DNA of 64,000 nucleotides from contig JAAOMT010000226.1 in NCBI GenBank assembly GCA_016748015.1, positions 664,604-728,603 of the forward strand, given 5' to 3'. The DNA comes from Geosiphon pyriformis uo1 (lineage: Eukaryota > Fungi > Glomeromycota). Below the pieces are notes generated by a model. It made no database searches, was not told where the DNA came from, and worked only from the letters and a program-made list of their open reading frames with translations. Of the stretch, positions 13,448 through 27,624 are shown piece after piece. A program made the position numbers and the translations under genes. Position 1 is the first letter of the stretch. Every line of letters begins with the position of its first letter.

Positions 13448-13467
13448 NNNNNNNNNNNNNNNNNNNN
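13448..13467. other. Assembly gap (20 N) inside a poly-C tract
   Basis: Direct reading. Confidence 0.99.
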
Positions 13468-14587
13468 CCCCCCCCCCCCCCCCCAAAGAAAATTATGCTT
13501 TTCTATTAAAGGCTCAAGATTTATTAGAATTCAATTTTCACTTATTGTTATCTTGCATGCCACATAATTTTGATCTCCCAAATTGTTTTATCATGAAAAA
13601 AATTATCAAATTTTTAAAGGTGCCGTTAATTTTTTGCCGCTAATGTAATTGGTCGTATTAGTTATTTAACATGATCAATGATGATCAACATCTATGGGAT
13701 GCTGAATGCAGAAAATCTATTGTTCGTTAGAAATTCCCGGGTTTCCCTCAACTCTAATTTCAAAAAAGTCTAAAAGGCTTTTTATCATCATTTTGTAATT
13801 CATGAGAATCGTTGTTTAAAAGGTATTCCAGGGTTTTTATTTGACGATAGAACTTTGTAAAAAACGATAAGTTGATTAAAATATGTTATCTAATAAATTT
13901 GGGAACATGGGATTTCTTTCAAACTATTCACACTAGAACGTGGACTACAATTTAGGAAGGTGTTTTGAAAATTTTACAATAGGATGAAAATCGAGAGATA
14001 AAAAATTATCAGAATTTCTTTAGATTGGAGAAAATCAAGTACCCAATTTATTTTGTAAGCCTGAGCTAGATTTTGTAATCAATTTTTTTTTTGGATCTGA
14101 GGCAATTTTTCTCAAGACCCAAAGGAAATCTTTTTTTGAAAAGAGATAATAGAAAAAAAAGACTGTCTATTAGAATACTTTTTGTTTTACCCTCAAAAGT
14201 CTTGAATGAATGAATTTTTCTTTTATAAGCAGATACTAATTTTGGGGAACAAACGTAACTCAAACTTCTAAGAAAACTTTTTTTTTTGATTGATTTGGAA
14301 ATTTTTTATGAAATTATTTTTCAATTCAATTCAATGAACAATAATATTTAATTGACACTTTATCGCGCCAATTTTCTTAATTAATTAAAATTTAATAATC
14401 TCCGAAGATGTCATATTTTTAAATTATGTTTTTTATTATAAAAATGATACTCTGGAATTTGCCGCCAAAAAGAAAATCTTGAAATTTATTAAAAAGGGAT
14501 AATTGAGATTATAAATTTTTTTATTAAAAAAAACAACAACCTGATAACGTCTTATAAATAATTTAAGTAAATAATAATAATAATAAC

Positions 14588-14619
<32 letters not shown>

Positions 14620-16171
14620 TTAATAATAATAAAATAATAATACTAATAAAACTCTTTAATGCATCGTGAGCTTTATGTGGGTGTTCGGGTACATTAGCTC
14701 TTATCTGAGACTTTTATTATCATTTTCATATCAAAAGACATTTAATTTTATAACTGTTACTGTACCTTTTCATTTCATTTATATAACCAAAAAATAAAAT
14801 TTCTTATCTACTCATAAAGTATCATTAAAGCTTACTAAAATCTCGGATATGGATATTTAACCCTGTAAAATGTGTCACCCTTTTTCAATTGCTTCAAAAA
14901 AAAAAATTATATTTCAACCACGTTCATTCATAAAATTGTTAGATTTTCACGTGGATGAATATACATGCAACTTGCAAATCAGAGTATGCCTTATCTCATC
15001 ACCTTATTTCATTAGTTAAAAATCACATGCAGCCTAATTACATAAAGATTTTTAAAATATATCAATTTGTCGTATTTTTTTTTTCTCAAGAAAAGCTTTC
15101 AATAAACACCCAAACTGGAACCATTTTATCAATCTTTTGTCATACTTTCCTTAATTCAAGTTTAATTATCTATAACATAATCTCTTATTATTTATTTATT
15201 TATTTATTTAGAGAATTAAACTTGAACTATAAACTATTTTCTATTAATATGAAACAAAAGCAAAAAGTAATCCGATTAGATTCAACATTCCGAGTAAGTT
15301 TCTGATGAGAAAGATTTTGAAATTTAATATCAGAACTGGTATTATTATATTGTTTTCTTAACTCGTTTATTTTCAATAAAAGAAAAGTTACCCGGGAATT
15401 TTAAAGGTTTAAAATTCTATGCCTGGAAATGTTAGAATCCGGGAATTTTTATTATCAACATTTCAGTACCTTGCAAAGCAAACATTAAAAGGGTATATCA
15501 AGAGTATATTTTTATGGTTTGTTTACGATAAAACAAAGCTGCGATTGCTATTTTTCTAGTTTCGTTTAGTGTGTCTGTCAGTACGAAAAGGATAAATAAT
15601 CGTAAACTTTAAAGGAAATTCTAATAAAAAAAAAAAAAGGTTACACACTAAAGTTAGCTTTTATATGTTCATTTTTTTAATTTTCTCGAAAATTTCTAAT
15701 TCTGATATTTGAGAACCAAATACATACTAGATCTTTTTAAAATCTACTAGAAAGAACATTTACTGATTATTTGATTGGAAAAAGGTTTTGAGCATTAATT
15801 TTTAAAAAAAGTTCGATTCTTGGGGGGAGGGGGGGTTTTTTTTTAAAGTTAAATTAAACTTTATCTCGAAAAGCTTAAATGAAAAAATCTTAATTCATAT
15901 AAAATTTAAGGTTTTTTTAAAACTTTATCTCGAAGGTAGTTAAAATTAAATTAAATAATTTTTTTGCAGGGTTCTTTGAAATTCAAGGAATTTTATGCTG
16001 CTTGTTTACTTTTGGACAAAGTTAATAAAAAAGATAAGATTCACAGGGCTTTACGAAAAAAGTTTGTAGTAACATTTATCATTATTATTATTATTATTTA
16101 TTATTATTATTTATTATTTTTGATTATAATTATTATTGATTATTATTATTGATTATTATTGATTATTATTG

Positions 16172-16204
<33 letters not shown>

Positions 16205-17864
16205 TTCTGAATGCATAAGAAACCAAACCCTAAAAATAATAGAATACTTTTGCCATGCAGAATAATCATTTAATGAAAAATTCTTGGGTCCCAATTTTTA
16301 AAGCTTGAAACTATCAACAAACAGACTTCAAATTTGGAAATCATTGTAAAAAAAACTCAAACTCTTATCAATTTATATAATTTACAAGCTTTTACTTTAT
16401 CCTTTTAAATAAAGTGGTAAAAATTGTTGAACACCATGTAAAAATTTTTGGTAAGCTTTTGATGGGGAATTTCGATTATCCAGATTTGAAATTAAATAAT
16501 CTTTGTCAAATACTTATTAACACATATGGAGAAATGGAAAATCTTTGCCATTTAAATTATTCGAAAAAACTTTTTCGTGATATCAAGCAAATTCGGTAAA
16601 TATCGTGAACTGTAATTTCACGTCTTATCTTTGGTTTTCCCATTAGAACTTTTATGTGTGTGAGACTAACGTTATATTATCAAGAAACCGCACGGACCAA
16701 GAACCTTTAATCAATGTTAAAATTAGAAAACCTTTTATATTTTATATTTTCATATGTTATAGAAATTGAGATTGAAGACCAATTCCTTAGAGGGTTTAAT
16801 TTAAATCCTCTAATTAATTTCTTGATATGCCGAAAGTGAACATGCTATTAACCAATATTTTTACATTTTTTTGAAAACAAGATTTTCATGTAATAGTGAA
16901 AAACTTTTTTTTTTTAATTCCAATATTTTTTTCTGAAATCCTTTGCTTTTCGTAGGAATTACTTGATTGTATGAATAATTTTTATTTTTAAATTTCTCAT
17001 CTTTGAGGCGTAAAAATAAAAATAACATGCAAGAAACTTTTTTTATACAATCAATCAATTAATTATGTAATAATTCTTTTTCGAATTTATATCCAAATAA
17101 TTTCAAATTAAAGAAAAAAAAAAAGAAAAAAACATTCCATGTTTTTCAAAGATTAAGTCATACAATTTAATAATTGATTATATTCATGATTAGGTTTTTA
17201 ATTGATTAATTTCGAATGATTGAAGAAGTTAACATTTTGATTAAAATTTAACTTTTTCGGAAAATTTTAATTTTAATGATCGATTTCCATAAGAGTTTTC
17301 GGGAAAAATTCTTAGATTTCAGTATCGTGGTAATGATAAAGTGTTTTGATCGTTTTATGAGTTGATTGATTTACTTCTTCAGGCTTATCAATGGGCGTAA
17401 CTCAAAAAAGTCCAATGATCAATGAAAAAGATACTCGTTATTATAATATTAAAATTTCTCGTGAGAACAAAGTTTTGATCTGAAATTTAAATGGTCAGAA
17501 AATTCTTCAGATTAACTAAAAAAGTAGGTAGAAGATTTAATTTTTGAAAATTATCAAAACATTTCTTTAAATACAAATATCTGATCTTTTAGTGAGTCAA
17601 GATTTATCAAGCAAACATGTGTGTTTTATTTAGTGTACCCCACAAAAATTTTGGAGTTGATTATTTTTTAGTGGAAAACCTTAAAAAAAAAAAATATCGC
17701 TTTTTAGATAACCTCTTTAGGATATACTAGTTCGATTTACTTGTTATCTCAAACAAAAATAGTAAGTTCAAGATTCGATATTATTTCAAAAATTTTATTT
17801 CTTAAAGACCCTTACAAGATGAGTCATAATGTCACTTGTTTCATATAGTGGGTGAGTGGATAGG

Positions 17865-17913
17865 TAAGTAGTTAGGTAGGTAGGTAGGTAGGTAGGTAGG
17901 TAAGTAGGTAGGT
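17865..17913. repeat. (TAGG)n microsatellite
   Basis: Direct reading. Confidence 0.9.
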
Positions 17914-18675
17914 GAATTATATTATCTTTTCTCATTTGAAAATAATCAAATTTTTTTTTATTCTCAAGATTAATTTTAATTTTAATTTTTTTAATTATAA
18001 TAAATAAACTGAGATTTGATTTTTAACTACTTTAAGAAAATTGATAACAATATTTTTATTGAAATTTGATTTCTAAAAATTTTTTTTTTTTTTGATATGC
18101 CAGACAACAAAGTATATCAAAATAATAATATTTTCATACGAATAAATTCAATTTCAAAAATTTGGAATAGTTGCAAAGATTATTAAATTTTGTGTTATGT
18201 TTTTTTATGGCTTTAACAAAAAAAGTTAATAATAATAATATATATATATATATATATATTATTATATTTCACTATCTTTATAGAAAGTAGCAAGATTACT
18301 TTAAAAGATCAAATCTATTCTATTTTCTTGAATTTTATTTTTCATGCCTTTATGATTTTTTTTTTTATTTTTTCAAATTACTTGAACACAACTAAAATTT
18401 ATAATAACTTGATAATCAATTTATAGTTACCTCTTTTGTAATTGGTCTTTTTTAATGAACTTTAGAAAAGTCGAAAAAATTTGAACAGATCTTTACTAAA
18501 TTTAATTTAAATGATAACATATAATCTTGAAACATGGAAAAAAGTCCCCTGATTCCAACATTTAATATATTCAATGATTCCCAAATCCTTATCAAAAAAT
18601 ATTTTAAAGTTTTAAAAAAGTACCAACTTTTTCAATCACGGCTGATAGAAACCTAACTTGGGGTAAATCATAATT

Positions 18676-18691
18676 AAAAAAAAAAGAAAAG

Positions 18692-18768
<77 letters not shown>
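18676..18768. repeat. ~90 bp poly-A tract
   Basis: Direct reading. Confidence 0.95.
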
Positions 18769-19300
18769 TTTTGTCACGAAAAAGGAAAAGATCCGTCATA
18801 CTAAGCGTCATTGTTTTTTTAATTTCGATATTATTTCCATTAAAGATTTAGTATCACTGTACAGAGATCAAGATGTCTCTAAATATCTTTTTGATTTGTG
18901 TATATTAAGGTCAACATGATTTTAAACATATTTAAACATACAAAGAGGGCCTAATTTTTATTTGGGTCACTCTTATTAAAAAAATTTTTAATAGTATTTA
19001 CTTGAAAATTATTATATATATATATATATATATATATATTTTTGAAAAGATCATTTTTTGATGTTCCCTAGCAAATCTATCCTAATAATCCTTATCTAGA
19101 CAGATAAGAGTTAAAACTATGATCGTTATTAACCGGGTTCACTTTTACTTTTAATCTAAAGCTAATAGAAAATATTTATAATATTTGTATATACCATCAA
19201 ACAGAAAAGGGAAAAACTTTTTGTATGAATTTTTGTGTTTTTAAAAAATTTAATCAAAAAGGTGATTAAAATTTATATTCTAAAAATTTCTTAATAATTA

Positions 19301-19386
19301 CACGGATTTGAAGAAATGAGGAAAGGAATTTCGTTGGCTAAGTCACGGAATTGAAGAAATAGGGAAAAGAGTCTCGTTAGTTAATT
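19301..19386 (+). repeat. Imperfect 43-bp tandem duplication upstream of DPBB B
   Basis: cacggatttgaagaaatgaggaaaggaatttcgttggctaagt at 19301 and cacggaattgaagaaatagggaaaagagtctcgttagttaatt at 19344. Confidence 0.8.
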
Positions 19387-19877
19387 ACATGTGGATAATT
19401 AATTTAGACGGATCTCTTTATTTTTTTATTTATTTTTTAAAATTAAAACAACCAATTTAAGAATTTTAAAGTATAATTTTCAAATAAATACATAATATTT
19501 AATCGATCAATTGTTCAAGCTTTTTCCAGGGAACTGAATAAGAGATATTAGATTTTTTTATATTGAATATAGTTTACTTCAATTAATACTTTAAAACGAT
19601 TTGAAAACACTTCAAAAACACTTTTTTCTAATCTCATGCCAACTATAAATACCAAGCTTCCCTCGACTTTCAAAAAATTTCTTCATCTCAAAAATTGAGC
19701 TTTCAAAGTAAATAGTTTTTGTTCTTAAATCTATTCTAACGATACGATCCCAATAGAAAGCATTTGAGATTTTACGATTTAAAAAATAACCTTCAAAATA
19801 AAATTATCAGTTCTCAGTGAATCTATCACAATACTGTTTATAAAATACATATAATTTCAATCACTCACACACACAAA

Positions 19878-20315
19878 ATGAAGTTTAACCTCGCAAAAAT
19901 TACTCAAGTCTTCGTCCTAGTGATTTATGTTAATTTCGTCGTCTCGGCACCGATTCCACACCCAGAATCTAGTAATATTGATTCTCTAGAGAAACGAGAC
20001 AATTTCAATTACGGCCAAGGAACATATTTCCAACCGAGTTTAGGCGCTTGTGGTTCATGGGTTGGCTCTAATGCCAAAATTGTCGCATTAGCAGCTCCCT
20101 ATTTCGATCCTCATTCACATGGTGGCAGTCCAAATCAAAACTCTCTATGTGGCAAGAAAGTTCGCATCTGGCGAGGCGAAAAATCTACTGAAGCAATTGT
20201 ACAAGATCGTTGTCCAGAATGTGCCTATAGTGACATCGATATGTCGCCAGAAGTATTTAAAGAAATCGCCTCAAGTTCGGAAGGACGAATTCCTATCAAA
20301 TGGTCAATGGTTTAA
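19878..20315 (+). CDS. Secreted RlpA-like DPBB protein B
   Basis: Signal peptide, propeptide ending LEKR, GTYFQPSLGACG, SPNQNSLCGK, DRCPEC, DIDMSP, GRIPIKW; TATAAATA at 19644-19651. Confidence 0.9.
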   Translation: MKFNLAKITQVFVLVIYVNFVVSAPIPHPESSNIDSLEKRDNFNYGQGTYFQPSLGACGSWVGSNAKIVALAAPYFDPHSHGGSPNQNSLCGKKVRIWRGEKSTEAIVQDRCPECAYSDIDMSPEVFKEIASSSEGRIPIKWSMV

Positions 20316-21452
20316 AATTATTTTTGTTAATTGTTTGATTGAATGAATCCCGAAAATATTTTCCCTTTTTCGTTAAAAAGTAGCTTTAAATGGTTCAAGG
20401 CCGAGCCTCCACCACTCTATAAATATTTTAATTCTGTTAAATTCACTAAAAAATCTTTATTCTCACTGTGTCAATAACCCCTCCCCCCCCCTGTAGTATA
20501 TATCTAAAAGTAATATTCAATCCTTGTAATAATAGTACATAATAACCTAGCCAGAGTATTTTACACTGGATTATTAAGATAAATTGATTTGACCTTAAGC
20601 ATCTTTTGTAATTTGTAATATATATTTAAAAAAAAATAAAATGATCAAAATTTTTTCCTTAATTGCAAAAATTTTTTCTGTGTGCTATTATATTCTATTT
20701 TTACTAATAATGCTCATATCTCATTTTTTAAAAAAATTTAAGAAACTTTTTTTCCTATTTGAAAATTTTCTTATAAATGAGTCATGAAATAAATGTTTTA
20801 ATTACTTCGGATCTATTATTTGCTATTTAACTATTATGAATAATTCATAGTTCATGTTTTATATCATGTATGAACCTACATGTTTCAATTAGAAATCTGA
20901 AACAAAATTTTAATTTCAAAAGATTGCTTTGAAGTTCCCTTGCTTTTAAATTTTATAGAGTGGGCTAAAGTTTTTTTGGTCGTAAAAAGTAAAATCAATA
21001 TCAAGTATTTTTATTATGCACTGAACCCATAATAAATCAATATGGATCTCATTAATTTTTGAAGGATCTACACTCATCCGTATGAATTCGAAGACAGAGA
21101 CAAAATTTTGTGTGAAAGAACAATATTATTTTATTGAATTACTTCTTCATTTAAATGATTGCAAATTAGAGTTTGCCTGCTTTTATATCAATCAGGCCAA
21201 GAGCAATTGGCATTTGGTTTCAATATGCTTTGTAATTTACAAGATAAATGAGTTAATCTTTTAATCCTCAAAATTAGCACGAACCAAATTTATAACTCAA
21301 GGGTCAGGGCAACTATTTTACAGTTTCAATATAAATTATCTTGTATTCTAGTAATCATGTAAACCTTTGAGAAATTCCTTCAGAGATTACTTTAACTGTG
21401 AAAGCAAACACCATTTTACTTTCTCACTTCTTAACTTTTGCCTTATCCAAGA

Positions 21453-24400
21453 TTACAGTTTTGCAAGAATATCAGCTGCTTTTGTCCGTTTTATATCTAT
21501 TTGTGGACTGACCCAAATCTCCCAATCTATTTTCTTTTTCTGATCCCCAAAAGGTTTCAAGGCTGAAACAACCAATCTATATGAGCCATTTGGAACATCG
21601 AAATTTCTTTGACCATCTTTTTTGTTAATTTTTCCATTCCAGAGAAATGGTGTTGCCAATTTTGTTGTGGAATTATTATTTCTTGAAAGAAATAGATTGA
21701 CGCCTTCATGTTGAATAGTTCCAAGTGAATCTGGTACAAGTAAAGGTATTCCTTCAGGAGGCTTTGGATCTTCTTTAACAGGTGAGGTCATATTAATAGT
21801 TGGTGCAAGTTCTGGATTATCACGACGCATGAAACGTAGTGTACGTTTATTGCGGTGCTTTCTTGATTTTTCAATAGAATCCGCCTGGGAACTAGTCTTT
21901 TTAGGGGGTGGGGTGATTGATTTTGATGCTGATCCGATGGCTGGACTCCCAATATTTGATTGAACTTTGGTGTTGGCTGGGGTGACATCAATTGTTAGAA
22001 TACGTGTGCCTTGGGCAAGTCGGACAACCAGCAATGGGCTATCTTCACCCACTAATGTGAATGTTACTTTTTCGCTTCGGCTAGTGATAAGCTGTTGGCT
22101 TGGTGTTTGAATGAACGGAGTTCCAGATAATATGTCAATAATTGGAAGTGTCTTCATTGAGCCTTTCATGCCCATATATGGAACACTAAAGGTCTTTTTA
22201 TTTGTATTGTCGGTGAATAAGATAAATCCCGAGTACATAAAATGTTTGGCATCGTCTAAATTTGATGGTGGCGTGATTTTGACTTTTACCTTTCTTGATT
22301 CGCCATTTTTCAGAGTGAAAGAACTTTCCGAGAATAGAACCTTTGCAAAGGATTTTTGGGAGATGGGTTCTTGAATTGGTACGAATACATCTGTCCCATA
22401 ACCATTGATTGCTTCAGCTCCGACATGACTCACACTATATTTTGCAGTCTTTTTCCCTGTATTGATTATAGTTAGAGTTGTATCGTCATTGAAATTAGCT
22501 GAATCATTCAATGCAAGTTTTCCTGGAGTAATCACAGTAGTTGCAGTCAACGCATTTAGTAGATTAATCAAACCAGCCCCTTGTCGTGTTACGCTCGTAT
22601 GAACCGTCTGATTTTTTTCATTTGGGAGTAATTCAACTGGTCGAGCAGTATTCATCAATAAATTCCGGGCTTTGACCGGGCTCATTCTACCTTTTGCCTG
22701 GAATAAAATAGCAACGCATCCAGCCATATATGGAGATGCCATACTACTTCCAGATAATGTCTTATAGGAGCCGAGTTTTTGGGGATAGGTGCTGAAAATT
22801 GTACCACCTGGAGCTGCAATCTCTGGTTTCAAATCCAATTCATTTGAGGGACCATATGAACTGAAATCCGAAATTGTTCCCCCAGACGGATTCACAAAGG
22901 CTTCCATTTTATCAGAAAATTTGAGGCTGACCATTTTATTTTTTCGGATTTGATCAAATAAGAAAACTCCATCGCTTGATGAGATTAAAGCACTTGGAAT
23001 TCTGATTGATGGTGAATTTGTTATAAGTGGGAACAAAACGCTGGCCACATTATCATAGAATAAGACACCAATTGCACCACCTCCTTGAGAATTCAAGAGT
23101 TTTTGTGTGAATGAGCAAGAGCCACGTCGAACCAATGCAATCTTCCCCTTTAAAGAATTTTCTGGGATAGATGTACATGCATCGTCTATTACATTCGTGT
23201 TGTTACTTATGGAAACGATTTGTGGGATTCCAGTAATATTGTACCGAGTCGCGTTTGCGGTCAAATATTGAATCTTTCGGTCTGCAACGGTGCTTGTGTT
23301 AAGAAAAAAACCCAAAACCTTGGCATTATCAACGGATGCAACAGAGATTGCACTTGATGCAACGCTGGGTGTTGATGCCATAAAAATTCCTTGGTCTCCA
23401 TCATTTCCAATGGCAGATACTATGGTTAAATTTTTTTGTGACAATCTTTGGGCCACTACAGCATCAGGGCTTTGATCCCATCCAGCGGCACCTCCAAGAG
23501 AAAGATTGATAATATCCATTCCATCTTTATATGCCCTTTCCATAGCTTTAATAACCAAATCATTAGCGGATGAACCAGTGCACCCAAAAACTCGATAGAT
23601 TCCAAGGGTCACTACAAAGTTTGCGTTATAAGCATTATTTCAATTATATTTCTAAATTAAGAATCAGAATTTTAAATACTCACCTCCGGGGGCAACACCA
23701 GTAAAATTTTTGACTTTATCATCGGCCGCCAATATTCCAGCGACATGTGTGCCATGACCAGCACATGTATCTAACGGATCATCATCGCTTATGGGAGTAT
23801 TTGAACCGTTGAAATTATCTCCAACAAAATCAAAACCAAATTGAATTTTACAACTGGGAGTTTTGTAACAATTACCAAAAGCGGGATGCGTATAATCGAT
23901 GCCAGAGTCAATTATTCCAACCTATTAAAATAAGAATTAGACATGAAGAATTTGCTTCAAGTGATTGGATCAAGAGAAAAATTTTACTCGTACCTTTATT
24001 CCTTTACCATTGAAACCGAGGGTCTGTTGAACTTGCGCAACGCCAGTAAGCTCATCAGCAAAAAATACGGTTGGTTGCACTACATCGTTATTAACAAAGA
24101 ACTTTGGACGCTCAATGATTGACTGGTATTGAAAAAGAATCATGAATTTTGATTAATTTTTAAATGAATGTTTATCTACTCCTTCCAAAATCATCTTCCT
24201 AATAGCTTACCACTGGCCAGACATTTTTTACAGCTCCTAACTCAGTTAACTTTTCCAAATCATCATCGTCATCAATGGTTAGGGAAACGGCTTTAATTAA
24301 ATCATCAAAAGTATCACGTAATTTGTAACCAATTCCCGAATGCTGTATTGACCCTAAAAAACTCTTGGCTAAATTTGGTGCGGCTGTATCAGTACCATTA

Positions 24401-24600
24401 TTTACACTAAAACTTAATGGTTTGTTGCCTAATTCTGATAAAAATGACTCATCATATTCAACAAAATATGTTCTTGGGAGAGTTGGATAATTTTGTGGTG
24501 GAACTCTAAATTTTCCGGCGAATGTTGTTGAAAGAGAGCAGAGAAGAAGAAACGAATAAATAATTAAATGAATGGATCTAGTTGCTACTTGATGCATCAT
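21453..24600 (-). CDS. Secreted S8 subtilisin-like serine protease with prodomain, PA domain and fn3-like C-terminal domain (4 exons)
   Basis: Exons 24600-24211, 24122-23994, ~23921-23684, 23611-21453. Triad motifs IDSGIDYTHP, GHGTHVAG, SGSSMASP; oxyanion IGNDG; PA motif GKIALVRRGSCSF; signal peptide. Confidence 0.93.
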
Positions 24601-27150
24601 TGATGGGATTGATTTAATGTAGTGTTGTGTTTTATGCTAATTATTTCTATAAAAACAATGTACAAAGAAGGAAAAAAGGGGAAGCACTAAGATGCTGGAA
24701 AATTAGACAAGCTAACGCGCCCGGCGTTTTATAATTATCAATGTTTGTTTTGGTCTTTATTTTTTATTGGCCGGAGAATTGTATTATCTATCTGGTAATG
24801 GTAATAAATATATTACAATCTATTTCTTAAAGAGAATTTAAAATTTTGAAAATATTGGATTGAAAGTTAGGTAGATATGAAACACAAACACATTAAAGTT
24901 TTTTTTGCGAGATTGATGGGTTCTAGAGAGTGAAATGTCACAAAATCAAAGCTTCTAGCATTAGGTTTTGTAATCGTAATAAAAAGGTGATGTTTTCAAA
25001 AGTATTGAAAAGTTGTAAAGTTTTATAATGAGTGTTTAGCTGTGAATAAGAGAAGGAGTGAGAGAGAGAGAGAGAGGGAGGGAGGGAGGAAGGGAAAAAG
25101 GAGGAAAAACAACCAGCTAGCAATAATTACCAAGCTGGAAGTTTTTCACCCGAATGATTCAAAATTTAAAGTAAGAAATAAAGGCGTTTGATCAGGGGAC
25201 GGGTTGATTGCCCTTTATATATATAAATGTAAAAGGAGTCATTGATAATCGAAAAGCGGATGTGTTTAATTTTGTGTCACCAGACAAAAGATTGAGAGAC
25301 ACTCAAAATATGCCGTTATTGGCCAAATGCATGTTTCGGCCTAGTGTTATTGGAAATTCCATGTTACGTAGAGACCTTGTTTGATACATATAGCGTTGTC
25401 ACGGGTTTTTATGGTTAAAAAAAGGCTTGGATTGTTCAAAAATAATAATTAATTATGCATGTACTTCTCCATTGTTTAACTCGTCATCCTTGTTGTTTGC
25501 CATGTGGAGGAAATTAAAATAAATTTCACACTGCCGGAAAATTTAAAAATTCCTTGTTCACTTTGTTCGGGTTTGAAAAGCTATTTAACCATTGAGATGA
25601 AAAAATTAATAAGTTTTCACCTTTGATTCTTTTTAGAAATTAATTAATGACACCATTAAAAAAAGGAAAAAAAGGCTAACAAAGAAATCAATCTATAGGT
25701 TAAAGAGTCCAATTTTAATAACTTTTAAAAACAAATTAAAACATTAACCCCCCATACATCTTAAAATCGTCTTTTTCAGATAATTTTGATAGAGAAAGAA
25801 ATTGATCTGATTGATTTATTATCTGACCACTTTCATTTTCTTTTTGATGCTGCAAAATTTAATACTCGATTAGCCTTTTTTTATAAAATATTTGTGAGTA
25901 TGTTCAACAATACAATTTCCAACTTTGTTTCTTAACTCAATATAACTCACATTAAACCCACCAGAATAAGCGTATGTGTTTAAGAATGTGTTAACTTTCG
26001 GATGCAAAAAGTCTTTTTTATTTGGCGTAGGATAACTGTCTTATTAAACATCATCTAATTGATAATTTTTAAAAAATCTTATTACATTACCTAACTGAAA
26101 TTTTCGTCCCTCACGAGAATAAGGCTTATTGAAAACTTATCGTCAAAATTTCATTCAGGGCTGATGGCGTAAAACTGGTGAATACCTTATTCGCTATGAT
26201 ATTCTTTTCCTCAAGGTTCAATAGTTAAAGGAAGATTAAATTTAATAAAAAGCCTGTCACAAATTAATTAAATCCCAATTGATTTAAGACTAAAATTTGT
26301 GGAAAAAAGGGAATTTAGAGGATAGGGCATTCGAGTTTAAAGGGTTTGCAAGTATAGCTCGCTATCTAAAGAAATATTGTTTAATGTATTGATATACTGC
26401 AATGTCATCAGGTATATCCTTGTTCGTTACCTCGTTATTAGATTGGGTGATTTAGTTTTAAAGAAGTTTCGCAATAATAATATTTAATATTATTTGATCA
26501 GATTTCCGTCTTTCATAAAGATTTCCATTTTTTCAAGAAAAGATTTAATTCCATGTTTTCCTTTAATAATCTTTAGCGGTAAAAAGAAATCAATATTCAA
26601 AAATTGGTAGCAAACATTTTCGCACGTCTTGAATGAATAGAATATAGTAAGGCAAAATTCAAATCATTAAATTTTAAAACTTTTTACTAACATTGTGTCT
26701 TCCCTGAGAATTAAAATTGGGAGGAAAATTTCTCAAGCACAAATTTAATCAATTAACTAAACTTCCGAGAAATCTTCTGGTTAAAGATACCGTTAACATT
26801 ACCTTAGAATAAAGAACGGTAAAAGGTAATTCTTAAATTTAAAGTTTGTTCTGCGTCCCAATTTCTTCTGATCAACCAAAATTCTAAAGAAAAAATTGTT
26901 AATTTACATGCAAAATTTATTTAACTAGAGAATGTAAAAAATAGTCATTTGCTTTGAAATAACCAAGAGCCTATTTCATTTATTTAATTGTTACAAGTCA
27001 ACAATATTGCAAAGAACTAACCAGAGTTCTTTACAATGTTTTTGTTATCTATCCATTTTTTACTTGTGTGATTAAATCTAAAGTTCTAAAATTTTGATGC
27101 AATTCTAAAATCCAAATTTTTTTAGGACCCAAACATTATACATTCACACG

Positions 27151-27624
27151 TCAGGCATTCAAAATTTCCCATTCTATGTTGATTCGTCCTCTGCTTTGAT
27201 CCGCAATTTGATTAAACATGAAGGGTGACATATCGACATCCCCAGCGGCACATTCAGGGCATCGATCATGTATGATACCATCAACAGATTTTCCTTCAAA
27301 ATAAATTCGAATTTGTTTCCCACATAGAGAATTGTGGTTTGGGTTTCCGTTTGGTGTATATTGGTCAAAGAAAGGTGAACCAAGTGCAACCATTTGGGAG
27401 TTGTCATTATCCACTGCGCCACAAGCACCCAGACCCGGATTAAAATATGTGCCTTGTCCACTATGTTTTTCAGTGCCAGTATTACCGCCAACATTTCCAT
27501 CTCCCGCTTTATTTACGGATGGTTTTTTGTGAAACTTTCTTTTTGATAATGGGGCTGCATTAATTACTAGCGTGAGTAACGAAAAAAGGAAAATTGAGAC
27601 TAAAAAAAAGTTGAAGAATCTCAT
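27151..27624 (-). CDS. Secreted RlpA-like DPBB protein C
   Basis: ATG 27624 (MRFFNFF); signal peptide, basic/Gly-rich linker, GTYFNPGLGACG, NPNHNSLCGK, DRCPEC, DVDMSP. Confidence 0.9.
   Translation of the reverse strand: MRFFNFFLVSIFLFSLLTLVINAAPLSKRKFHKKPSVNKAGDGNVGGNTGTEKHSGQGTYFNPGLGACGAVDNDNSQMVALGSPFFDQYTPNGNPNHNSLCGKQIRIYFEGKSVDGIIHDRCPECAAGDVDMSPFMFNQIADQSRGRINIEWEILNA

Noticed and set aside
17865-17913. (TAGG)n as an interstitial telomere
   Set aside because: Unit is TAGG, not TTAGGG; ordinary microsatellite.
18676-18768. Poly-A as a retroposon tail
   Set aside because: No target-site duplication or retrocopy body recognisable upstream.
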